A DNA stretch of 64,000 nt from Eledone cirrhosa (Eukaryota). The stretch lies in contig OZ024744.1 of the NCBI GenBank assembly GCA_964016885.1, positions 133,052,001-133,116,000 of the forward strand. Direction: 5' to 3'. The stretch's first letter is position 1, and every line of letters begins with the position of its first letter. A program made the translations under genes and the position numbers. Below are positions 1 through 12,100 of this stretch, piece by piece. The notes under the pieces are model-generated. The model made no database searches. It saw nothing but the letters and a program-made list of their open reading frames with translations, and was not told the origin of the DNA.

Positions 1-2129
1 ACTTAACTTAACCCCAACTTAACTTAACCACAAATTAACTTAGCCCCAACTTAAATTAACCCCAACTTAACTCAACCACAACTTAACTTAACCCCGACTT
101 AACTTAACCCCACCTTAACTTAACCTCAACTTAACTGAACTGCAACTTAACTTAACCCCAACTTAACTTAACCCCAACTTAACTCAACACCAACTTAACT
201 CAACCGCAACTTAACTCAACGCCAATTTAACTCAACCCCAACTTAACTCAACCCCAACTTAACTTAACCCCAACTTAACTGAACCCTAACTTAACTTAAC
301 CCCGACTTAAATTAACCCCGACTTAACTTAACCCCAACTTAACTTAACCCCAACTTAACTTAACCCCAACTTAACTTAACCCCAACTTAACTTAACCCCA
401 ACTTAAATTAACCCCAACTTAACTTAAACTCAACTTAACTAACCAACTTAACTTAACCCCAACTTAACTTGACCCCAACTTAACTTAACCCCAACTTAAC
501 TTAAACCCAACTTAACTTAACCCCAACTTAACTTAGCCCCAACTTAACTTAACCCCAACTTAACTTAACCCCAAATTAAATTAACCTCAACTTAACTTAA
601 CCCCAACTTAACTTAACCCCGACTTAACTTAACCCCAACTTAACTTAGCCCCAACTTAACTTAGCCCCAACTTAACTTAGCCCCAACTTAACTTAACCCC
701 AACTTAACTTAACCGCACCTTAACTTAACCTCAACTTAACTTAACTGCAACTTAACTTAACCCCAACTTAACTTAACCCCAACTTAACTCAAAACCAACT
801 TAACTCAACCCCAACTTAACTCAACCCCAATTTAACTCAACCCCAACTTAACTCAACCCCAACTTAACTTAACCCCAACTTAACTGAACCCTAACTTAAC
901 TTAACCCCGACTTAACTTAACCCCGACTTAACTTAACCCCAACTTAACTTAACCCCAACTTAACTTAACCCCAACTTAACTTAACCCCAACTTAATTTAA
1001 CCCCATCTTAACCCCAACTTATCTTAACCCCAACTTAACTGAACCCCAACTTAATTTAACCCCAACTTAAATAAACCCCAACTTAACTTAACCCCAACTT
1101 AACTTAACCCCAGCTTAACTTAACCCCAACTTAACTCAGCCCCAACTTAACTTAGCCCCAACTTAACTTAACCCCAACTTAACTTAACCCCAACTTAACT
1201 TAACCCCAACTTAACTTAACCCCAACTTAACTTAAACCCAACTTAACTTAACCCCAACTTAAATTATCCCCAACTTAACTTATCCTCAACTTAACTTAAC
1301 CCCAACTTAACTTAACCCCAACTTAACTTAACCCCAACTTAATTTAACCCCAACTTAACTTAACCTCAACTTAACTTAACCCCAACTTAACTTAACCCCA
1401 TCTTAACTTAACCCCAACTTAACTTAACCCCAACTTAACTTAACCCCAACTTAAATTAACCCCAACTTAACTTAACCCCAACTTAACTTAACCCCGACTT
1501 AACTTAACCCCAACTTAACTTAACCCCAACTTAACTTAACCCCAACTTAACTTAACCACAAATTAACTTAACCCCAACTTAACTTAACCCCAACTTAACT
1601 TAACCCCAACTTAACTTAACCCCAACTTAACTTAACCCCAACTTAACTTAACCCTAACTTAACTTAACCCCAACTTAACCCCGACTTAACTTGACCCCAA
1701 CTTAACTTAACCCCAACTTAACTCAACCCCAACTTAACTTAACCCCAACTTAACTCAGCCCCAACTTAACTCAGCCCCAACTTAACTTAGCCACAACTTA
1801 ACTTAACACCAACTTAACTTAACCCCAACTTAACTTAACCCCAACTTAACTCAATCCCAACTTAAATTAACCCCATCTTAACTTAACCCCAACTTAACTT
1901 AACCCCAACTTAATTAACCCCAACTTAAATTAACCCCAACTTAACTTAACACCAACTTAACGTAACCCCAACTTAAATAAACCCCAACTTAAATTAACCC
2001 CAACTTAACTTAACCCCAACTTAACTTAACCCCAACTTAACTCAGCCCCAACTTAACTTAGCCTCAACTTAACTTAACCCCAACTTAACTTAACCCCAAC
2101 TTAACTTATCCCCAACTTAACTTAACCCC

Positions 2130-4770
2130 AACTTAACTTAAACCCAACTTAACTTAACCCCAACTTAAATTATCCCCAACTTAACTTATCCCCAACTTAA
2201 CTTAACCCCAACTTAACTTAACCCCAACTTAACTTAACCCCAACTTAATTTAACCCCAACTTAACTTAACCCCAACTTAACTTAACCACAAATTAACTTA
2301 ACCCCAACTTAACTTAACCCCAACTTAACTTAACCCCAACTTAACTTAACCCCAACTTAACTTAACCCCAACTTAACTTAAACCTAACTTAACTTAACCC
2401 CAACTTAACCCCAACTTAACTTGACCCCAACTTAACTTAACCCCAACTTAACTCAACCCCAACTTAACTTAACCCCAACTTAACTCAGCCCCAACTTAAC
2501 TCAGCCCCAACTTAACTTAGCCCCAACTTAACTTAACCCCAACTTAACCTATCCCCAACTTAACTGAACCCCAACTTAACTTAACCCCAACTTAATATAA
2601 CCCCAACTTAACTTAACCCCAACTTAACTCAACCCCAACTTAAATTAACCCCAACTTAACTTAACCCCAACTTAACTTAACCCCAACTTAATTAACCCCA
2701 ACTTAAATTAACCCCAACTTAACTTAACACCAACTTAACGTAACCCCAACTTAATTTAACCCCAACTTAAATTAACCCCAACTTAACTTGCCCCCAACTT
2801 AACTTACCCCCAACTTAACTTAACCCCAACTTAATTTAACCCCAACTTAATTTAAGCCCAAATTAACTTAAACCCAAATTAAATTAACCCCAACTTAACT
2901 TAACCCCAAATTAACTCAACCCCAACTTAACTCAACCCCAACTTAACTTAACCCCAAATTAACTTAACCACAAATTAACTTAGCCCCAACTTAAATTAAC
3001 CCCAACTTAACTCAACCACAACTTAACTTAACCCCGACTTAACTTAACCCCACCTTAACTTAACCTCAACTTAACTTAACTGCAACTTAACTTAACCCCA
3101 ACTTAACTTAACCCCAACTTAACTCAACACCAACTTAACTCAACCCCAACTTAACTCAACCCCAATTTAACTCAACCCCAACTTAACTCAACCCCAACTT
3201 AACTTAACCCCAACTTAACTGAACCCTAACTTAACTTAACCCCGACTTAACTTAACCCCGACTTAACTTAACCCCAACTTAACTTAACCCCAACTTAACT
3301 TAACCCCAACTTAACTTAACCCCAACTTAATTTAACCCCATCTTAACCCCAACTTAACTTAACCCCAACTTAACTGAACCCCAACTTAACTTAACCCCAA
3401 CTTATATAAACCCCAACTTAACTTAACCCCAACTTAACTTAACCCCAACTTAACTTAAACCCAACTTAACTTAACCCCAACTTAAATTATCCCCAACTTA
3501 ACTTATCCCCAACTTAACTTAACCCCAACTTAACTTAACCCCAACTTAACTTAACCCCAACTTAATTTAACCCCAACTTAACTTAACCCCAACTTAACTT
3601 AACCACAAATTAACTTAACCCCAACTTAACTTAACCCCAACTTAACTTAACCCCAACTTAACTTAACCCCAACTTAACTTAACCCCAACTTAACTTAAAC
3701 CTAACTTAACTTAACCCCAACTTAACCCCAACTTAACTTGACCCCAACTTAACTTAACCCCAACTTAACTCAACCCCAACTTAACTTAACCCCAACTTAA
3801 CTCAGCCCCAACTTAACTCAGCCCCAACTTAACTTAGCCCCAACTTAACTTAACCCCAACTTAACCTATCCCCAACTTAACTGAACCCCAACTTAACTTA
3901 ACCCCAACTTAATATAACCCCAACTTAACTTAACCCCAACTTAACTCAACCCCAACTTAAATTAACCCCAACTTAACTTAACCCCAACTTAACTTAACCC
4001 CAACTTAATTAACCCCAACTTAAATTAACCCCAACTTAACTTAACACCAACTTAACGTAACCCCAACTTAATTTAACCCCAACTTAAATTAACCCCAACT
4101 TAACTTGCCCCCAACTTAACTTACCCCCAACTTAACTTAACCCCAACTTAATTTAACCCCAACTTAATTTAAGCCCAAATTAACTTAAACCCAAATTAAA
4201 TTAACCCCAACTTAACTTAACCCCAAATTAACTCAACCCCAACTTAACTCAACCCCAACTTAACTTAACCCCAAATTAACTTAACCACAAATTAACTTAG
4301 CCCCAACTTAAATTAACCCCAACTTAACTCAACCACAACTTAACTTAACCCCGACTTAACTTAACCCCACCTTAACTTAACCTCAACTTAACTTAACTGC
4401 AACTTAACTTAACCCCAACTTAACTTAACCCCAACTTAACTCAACACCAACTTAACTCAACCCCAACTTAACTCAACCCCAATTTAACTCAACCCCAACT
4501 TAACTCAACCCCAACTTAACTTAACCCCAACTTAACTGAACCCTAACTTAACTTAACCCCGACTTAACTTAACCCCGACTTAACTTAACCCCAACTTAAC
4601 TTAACCCCAACTTAACTTAACCCCAACTTAACTTAACCCCAACTTAATTTAACCCCATCTTAACCCCAACTTAACTTAACCCCAACTTAACTGAACCCCA
4701 ACTTAACTTAACCCCAACTTATATAAACCCCAACTTAACTTAACCCCAACTTAACTTAACCCCAACTTAA
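2130..4770 (+). repeat. Tandem duplication, 1317-bp unit x2
   Basis: Markers aacctatcccc (2550/3867) and cttatataaa (3401/4718) both recur at offset 1317. Confidence 0.85.
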
Positions 4771-5594
4771 CTTAACCCCAACTTAACTCAGCCCCAACTT
4801 AACTTAGCCCCAACTTAACTTAACCCCAACTTAACTTAACCCCAACTTAACTTAACCCCAACTTAATTTAACCCCAACTTAACTTAACCCCAACTTAACT
4901 TAAACCCAACTTAAATTAACCCCAACTTAAATTATCCCCAACTTAACTTATCCCCAACTTAACTTAACCCCAACTTAACTTAACCCCAACTTAATTTAAC
5001 CCCAACTTAACTTAACCTCAACTTAACTTAACCCCAACTTAACTTAACCCCATCTTAACTTAACCCCAACTTAACTTAACCCCAACTTAACTTAACCCCA
5101 ACTTAAATTAACCCCAACTTAACTTAACCCCAACTTAACTTAACCCCGACTTAACTTAACCCCAACTTAACTTAACCCCAACTTAACTTAACCCCAACTT
5201 AACTTAACCACAAATTAACTTAACCCCAACTTAACTTAACCCCAACTTAACTTAACCCCAACGTAACCCCAACTTAACTTGACCCCAACTTAACTTAACC
5301 CCAACTTAACTCAACCCCAACTTAACTTAACCCCAACTTAACTCAGCCCCAACTTAACTCAGCCCCAACTTAACTTAGCCCCAACTTAACTCAACACCAA
5401 CTTAACTTAACCCCACCTTAACTTAACCCCAACTTAACTTAACCCCAACTTAACTTATCCCCAACTTAACTGAACCCCAACTTAACTTAACCCCAACTTA
5501 ATATAACCCCAAATTAACTTAACCCCAACTTAACTCAACCCCAACTTAAATTAACCCCAACTTAACTTAACCCCAACTTAACTTAACCCCAACT

Positions 5595-6680
5595 TAATTA
5601 ACCCCAACTTAAATTAACCCCAACTTAACTTAACACCAACTTAACGTAACCCCAACTTAATTTAACCCCAACTTAAATTAACCCCAACTTAACTTGCCCC
5701 CAAATTAACTTACCCCCAACTTAACTTAACCCCAACTTAATTTAACCCCAACTTAATTTAACCCCAACTTAACTTAAACCCAACTTAACTTAACCCCAAC
5801 TTAACTTAACCCCAAATTAACTCAACCCCAACTTAACTCAACCCCAACTTAACTTAACCCCAACTTAACTTAACCCCAACTTAACTTAACCACAAATTAA
5901 CTTAGCCCCAACTTAAATTAACCCCAACTTAAATCAACCACAACTTAACTTAACCCCGACTAAACTTAACCCCAACTTAACTTAACCCCAACTTCACTCA
6001 ACCCCAACTTAACTCAACCCCAACTTAACCCCAACTTAACTTAACCCCAACTTAACTTAACCACAAAGTTAACTTAACCCCAATTTAAATTAACCCCAAC
6101 TTAACTTAACCCCAACTTAACATAACCACCACTTAATTAACCCCAACTTAAATTAACCCCAACTTAACTTAACACCAACTTAACGTAACCCCAACTTAAT
6201 TTAACCCCAACTTAAATTAACCCCAACTTAACTTGCCCCCAAATTAACTTACCCCCAACTTAACTTAACCCCAACTTAATTTAACCCCAACTTAATTTAA
6301 CCCCAACTTAACTTAAACCCAACTTAACTTAACCCCAACTTAACTTAACCCCAAATTAACTCAACCCCAACTTAACTCAACCCCAACTTAACTTAACCCC
6401 AACTTAACTTAACCCCAACTTAACTTAACCACAAATTAACTTAGCCCCAACTTAAATTAACCCCAACTTAAATCAACCACAACTTAACTTAACCCCGACT
6501 AAACTTAACCCCAACTTAACTTAACCCCAACTTCACTCAACCCCAACTTAACTCAACCCCAACTTAACCCCAACTTAACTTAACCCCAACTTAACTTAAC
6601 CACAAAGTTAACTTAACCCCAATTTAAATTAACCCCAACTTAACTTAACCCCAACTTAACATAACCACCACTTAATTAAC
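5595..6680 (+). repeat. Tandem duplication, 539-bp unit x2
   Basis: The G of marker cacaaagtt lies at 6068 and 6607, with the same order of flanking variants (gactaaac, cttcactc, aacataaccacc). Confidence 0.85.
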
Positions 6681-6860
6681 CCCAACTTAACTCAACCCCA
6701 ACTTAACTTAACCCTAACTTAACTTAACCCCAACTTAACCGCAACTTAACTTAACCCCACCTTAACTTACCCCCAACTTAACTTACCCCCAACTTAACTG
6801 AACCCCAACTTAAGTTAAGCCTAACTTAACTTAACGCCAACTTAACTTAACCCCGACTTA

Positions 6861-7033
6861 GGGCTTAAGTTAAGTTGGGGCTAAGTTAAGTTGGGGTTAA
6901 GTCAAGTTGGAAGTTGGGGTTGAGTGAAGTTGGGGTTAAGTTAAGTTGGGGTTGAGTGAAGTTGGGGTTAAGTTAAGTTGGGGTTGAGTTACGTTGGGGT
7001 TGAGTGAAGTTGGGGTTAAGTTAAGTTGGGGTT
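6861..7033 (-). repeat. Inverted satellite island, copy 1 (173 bp)
   Basis: The sequence switches to GGGGTTAAGTTAAGTT units after ...ccccgactta|gggcttaag and returns at ggggtt|aacccc. It comprises ten 16-mers, a 7-bp remnant (ggaagtt) and a 6-bp end. Confidence 0.97.
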
Positions 7034-7060
7034 AACCCCAACTTAACTTAACCCCAACTT
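7007..7060. other. Perfect 54-bp spacerless palindrome at the right junction of the inverted island (same junction at all seven islands)
   Basis: aagttggggttaagttaagttggggtt|aaccccaacttaacttaaccccaactt has 27-bp arms centred on GTTAAC. Pairing continues imperfectly along the island because the flank is the same repeat in the opposite orientation. Confidence 0.93.
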
Positions 7061-9010
7061 AACTTAACCCCAACTTAACTTAACCCCAACTTAACTTAAC
7101 CCCAACATAACTTAACCCCAACTTAAATTAACCCCAACTTAACTTAAACTCAACTTAACTAACCAACTTAACTTAACCCCAACTTAACTTAACCCCAACT
7201 TAACTTAACCCCAACTTAACTTAAACCCAACTTAACTTAACCCCAACTTAACTTAACCCCAACTTAACTTAACCCCGACTTAACTTAACCCCAACTTAAA
7301 TTAACCCCAACTTAACTTAACCCCAACTTAACTTAACCCCGACTTAACTTAACCCCAACTTAACTTAACCCCAACTTAACTTAGCCCCAACTTAACTTAG
7401 CCCCAACTTAACTTAGCCCCAACTTAACTTAACCCCAACTTAACTTAACCGCACCTTAACTTAACCCCAACTTAACTTAACCCCAACTTAACTCAACACC
7501 AACTTAACTCAACCCCAACTTAACTCAACCCCAATTTAACTCAACCCCAACTTAACTCAACCCCAACTTAACTTAACCCCAACTTAACTGAACCCTAACT
7601 TAACTTAACCCCGACTTAAATTAAGCCCAACTTAACTTAACCCCAACTTAACTCAGCCCCAACTTAACTTAGCCCCAACTTAACTTAACCCCAACTTAAC
7701 TTAACCCCAACTTAACTTAACCCCAACTTAACTTAACCCCAACTTAACTTAACCCCAACTTAACTTAAACCCAACTTAACTTAACCCCAACTTAACTTAA
7801 CCCCAACTTAACTCAGCCCCAACTTAACTCAGCCCCAACTTAACTTAGCCACAACTTAACTTAACACCAACTTAACTTAACCCCAACTTAACTTAACCCC
7901 AACTTAACTCAATCCCAACTTAAATTAACCCCATCTTAACTTAACCCCAACTTAACTTAACCCCAACTTAATTAACCCCAACTTAAATTAACCCCAACTT
8001 AACTTAACACCAACTTAACGTAACCCCAACTTAAATAAACCCCAACTTAAATTAACCCCAACTTAACTTAACCCCAACTTAACTTAACCCCAACTTAACT
8101 CAGCCCCAACTTAACTTAGCCTCAACTTAACTTAACCCCAACTTAACTTAACCCCAACTTAACTTATCCCCAACTTAACTTAACCCCAACTTAACTTAAA
8201 CCCAACTTAACTTAACCCCAACTTAAATTATCCCCAACTTAACTTATCCCCAACTTAACTTAACCCCAACTTAACTTAACCCCAACTTAACTTAACCCCA
8301 ACTTAATTTAACCCCAACTTAACTTAACCCCAACTTAACTTAACCCCAACTTAACTTAACCACAAATTAACTTAACCCCAACTTAACTTAACCCCAACTT
8401 AACTTAACCCCAACTTAACTTAACCCCAACTTAACTTAACCCCAACTTAACTTAAACCTAACTTAACTTAACCCCAACTTAACCCCAACTTAAATTAACC
8501 CCAAATTAACTCAACCCCAACTTAACTCAACCCCAACTTAACTTAACCCCAACTTAACTTAACCCCAACTTAACTTAACCACAAATTAACTTAGCCCCAA
8601 CTTAAATTAACCCCAACTTAAATCAACCACAACTTAACTTAACCCCGACTAAACTTAACCCCAACTTAACTTAACCCCAACTTCACTCAACCCCAACTTA
8701 ACTCAACCCCAACTTAACCCCAACTTAACTTAACCCCAACTTAACTTAACCACAAAGTTAACTTAACCCCAATTTAAATTAACCCCAACTTAACTTAACC
8801 CCAACTTAACATAACCACCACTTAATTAACCCCAACTTAACTCAACCCCAACTTAACTTAACCCTAACTTAACTTAACCCCAACTTAACCGCAACTTAAC
8901 TTAACCCCACCTTAACTTACCCCCAACTTAACTTACCCCCAACTTAACTGAACCCCAACTTAAGTTAAGCCTAACTTAACTTAACGCCAACTTAACTTAA
9001 CCCCGACTTA

Positions 9011-9183
9011 GGGCTTAAGTTAAGTTGGGGCTAAGTTAAGTTGGGGTTAAGTCAAGTTGGAAGTTGGGGTTGAGTGAAGTTGGGGTTAAGTTAAGTTGGG
9101 GTTGAGTGAAGTTGGGGTTAAGTTAAGTTGGGGTTGAGTTACGTTGGGGTTGAGTGAAGTTGGGGTTAAGTTAAGTTGGGGTT
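9011..9183 (-). repeat. Inverted satellite island, copy 2 (173 bp)
   Basis: Same junctions and internal variants as copy 1; offset 2150. Confidence 0.97.
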
Positions 9184-12100
9184 AACCCCAACTTAACTTA
9201 ACCCCAACTTAACTTAACCCCAACTTAACTTAACCCCAACTTAACTTAACCCCAACATAACTTAACCCCAACTTAAATTAACCCCAACTTAACTTAAACT
9301 CAACTTAACTAACCAACTTAACTTAACCCCAACTTAACTTAACCCCAACTTAACTTAACCCCAACTTAACTTAAACCCAACTTAACTTAACCCCAACTTA
9401 ACTTAACCCCAACTTAACTTAACCCCGACTTAACTTAACCCCAACTTAAATTAACCCCAACTTAACTTAACCCCAACTTAACTTAACCCCGACTTAACTT
9501 AACCCCAACTTAACTTAACCCCAACTTAACTTAGCCCCAACTTAACTTAGCCCCAACTTAACTTAGCCCCAACTTAACTTAACCCCAACTTAACTTAACC
9601 GCACCTTAACTTAACCCCAACTTAACTTAACCCCAACTTAACTCAACACCAACTTAACTCAACCCCAACTTAACTCAACCCCAATTTAACTCAACCCCAA
9701 CTTAACTCAACCCCAACTTAACTTAACCCCAACTTAACTGAACCCTAACTTAACTTAACCCCGACTTAAATTAAGCCCAACTTAACTTAACCCCAACTTA
9801 ACTCAGCCCCAACTTAACTTAGCCCCAACTTAACTTAACCCCAACTTAACTTAACCCCAACTTAACTTAACCCCAACTTAACTTAACCCCAACTTAACTT
9901 AACCCCAACTTAACTTAAACCCAACTTAACTTAACCCCAACTTAACTTAACCCCAACTTAACTCAGCCCCAACTTAACTCAGCCCCAACTTAACTTAGCC
10001 ACAACTTAACTTAACACCAACTTAACTTAACCCCAACTTAACTTAACCCCAACTTAACTCAATCCCAACTTAAATTAACCCCATCTTAACTTAACCCCAA
10101 CTTAACTTAACCCCAACTTAATTAACCCCAACTTAAATTAACCCCAACTTAACTTAACACCAACTTAACGTAACCCCAACTTAAATAAACCCCAACTTAA
10201 ATTAACCCCAACTTAACTTAACCCCAACTTAACTTAACCCCAACTTAACTCAGCCCCAACTTAACTTAGCCTCAACTTAACTTAACCCCAACTTAACTTA
10301 ACCCCAACTTAACTTATCCCCAACTTAACTTAACCCCAACTTAACTTAAACCCAACTTAACTTAACCCCAACTTAAATTATCCCCAACTTAACTTATCCC
10401 CAACTTAACTTAACCCCAACTTAACTTAACCCCAACTTAACTTAACCCCAACTTAATTTAACCCCAACTTAACTTAACCCCAACTTAACTTAACCCCAAC
10501 TTAACTTAACCACAAATTAACTTAACCCCAACTTAACTTAACCCCAACTTAACTTAACCCCAACTTAACTTAACCCCAACTTAACTTAACCCCAACTTAA
10601 CTTAAACCTAACTTAACTTAACCCCAACTTAACCCCAACTTAACTTGACCCCAACTTAACTTAACCCCAACTTAACTCAACCCCAACTTAACTTAACCCC
10701 AACTTAACTCAGCCCCAACTTAACTCAGCCCCAACTTAACTTAGCCCCAACTTAACTTAACCCCAACTTAACTTATCCCCAACTTAACTGAACCCCAACT
10801 TAACTTAACCCCAACTTAATATAACCCCAACTTAACTTAACCCCAACTTAACTCAACCGCAACTTAAATTAACCCCATCTTAACTTAACCCCAACTTAAC
10901 TTAACCCCAACTTAATTAACCCCAACTTAAATTAACCCCAACTTAACTTAACACCAACTTAACGTAACCCCAACTTAAATAAACCCCAACTTAAATTAAT
11001 CCCAACTTAACTTAACCCCAACTTAACTTAACCCCAACTTAACTCAGCGCCAACTTAACTTAGCCACAACTTAACTTAACACCAACTTAACTTAACCCCA
11101 ACTTAACTTAACCCCAACTTAACTTAACCCCAACTTAACTTATCCCCAACTTAACTGAACCCCAACTTAACTTAACCCCAACTTAATATAACCCCAACTT
11201 AACTTAACCCCAACTTAACTCAACCCCAACTTAAATTAACCCCATCTTAACTTAACCCCAACTTAACTTAACCCCAACTTAATTAACCCCAACTTAAATT
11301 AACCCCAACTTAACTTAACACCAACTTAACGTAACCCCAACTTAAATAAACCCCAACTTAAATTAACCCCAACTTAACTTAACCCCAACTTAACTTAACC
11401 CCGACTTAACTTAACCCCAACTTAACTTAAGCCCAACTTAACTTAACCCCAACTTAACTTAACCACAAATTAACTTAACCCCAACTTAACTTAACCCCAA
11501 CTTAACTTAACCCCAACTTAACTTAACCCCAACTTAACTTAAACCTAACTTAACTTAACCCCAACTTAACCCCAACTTAACTTGACCCCAACTTAACTTA
11601 ACCCCAACTTAAATTAACCCCAACTTAACTTAAACCCAACTTAACTTAACCCCGACTTAACTTAACCCCAACTTAACTTAACCCCAACTTAACTTAACCC
11701 CAACTTAACTTAACCACAAATTAACTTAACCCCAACTTAACTTAACCCCAACTTAATTTAACCCCAACTTAACTTAACCCCAACTTAACTTAACCCCAAC
11801 TTAACTTAAACCTAACTTAACTTAACCCCAACTTAACCCCAACTTAACTTGACCCCAACTTAACTTAAGCCCAACTTAACTCAGCCCCAACTTAACTCAG
11901 CCCCAACTTAAATTAGCCCCAACTTAACTTAACCCCAACTTAACTTAACCCCAACTTAACTTATCCCCAACTTAACTTAACCCCAACTTAACTTAAACCC
12001 AACTTAACTTAACCCCAACTTAAATTATCCCCAACTTAACTTATCCCCAACTTAACTTAACCCCAACTTAACTTAACCCCAACTTAACTTAACCCCAACT

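Larger units (their letters stand above)
6345..10643 (+). repeat. Tandem duplication, 2150-bp unit x2, each containing an inverted island
   Basis: Islands at 6861/9011 and marker ccaaattaactcaacc at 6351/8501 are both at offset 2150. Confidence 0.88.

Noticed and set aside
6858-6863. TTAGGG vertebrate-type telomere seed
   Set aside because: It is a single hexamer formed by the junction of ...ctta and gggc...; there are no tandem copies.
6861-7033. Recombinase-driven invertible switch or MITE/piggyBac insertion at TTAA
   Set aside because: The island is purely satellite sequence, with no distinct terminal inverted repeats or recombinase gene. All seven copies are in the same orientation, and TTAA is everywhere, so it is uninformative as a target-site duplication.
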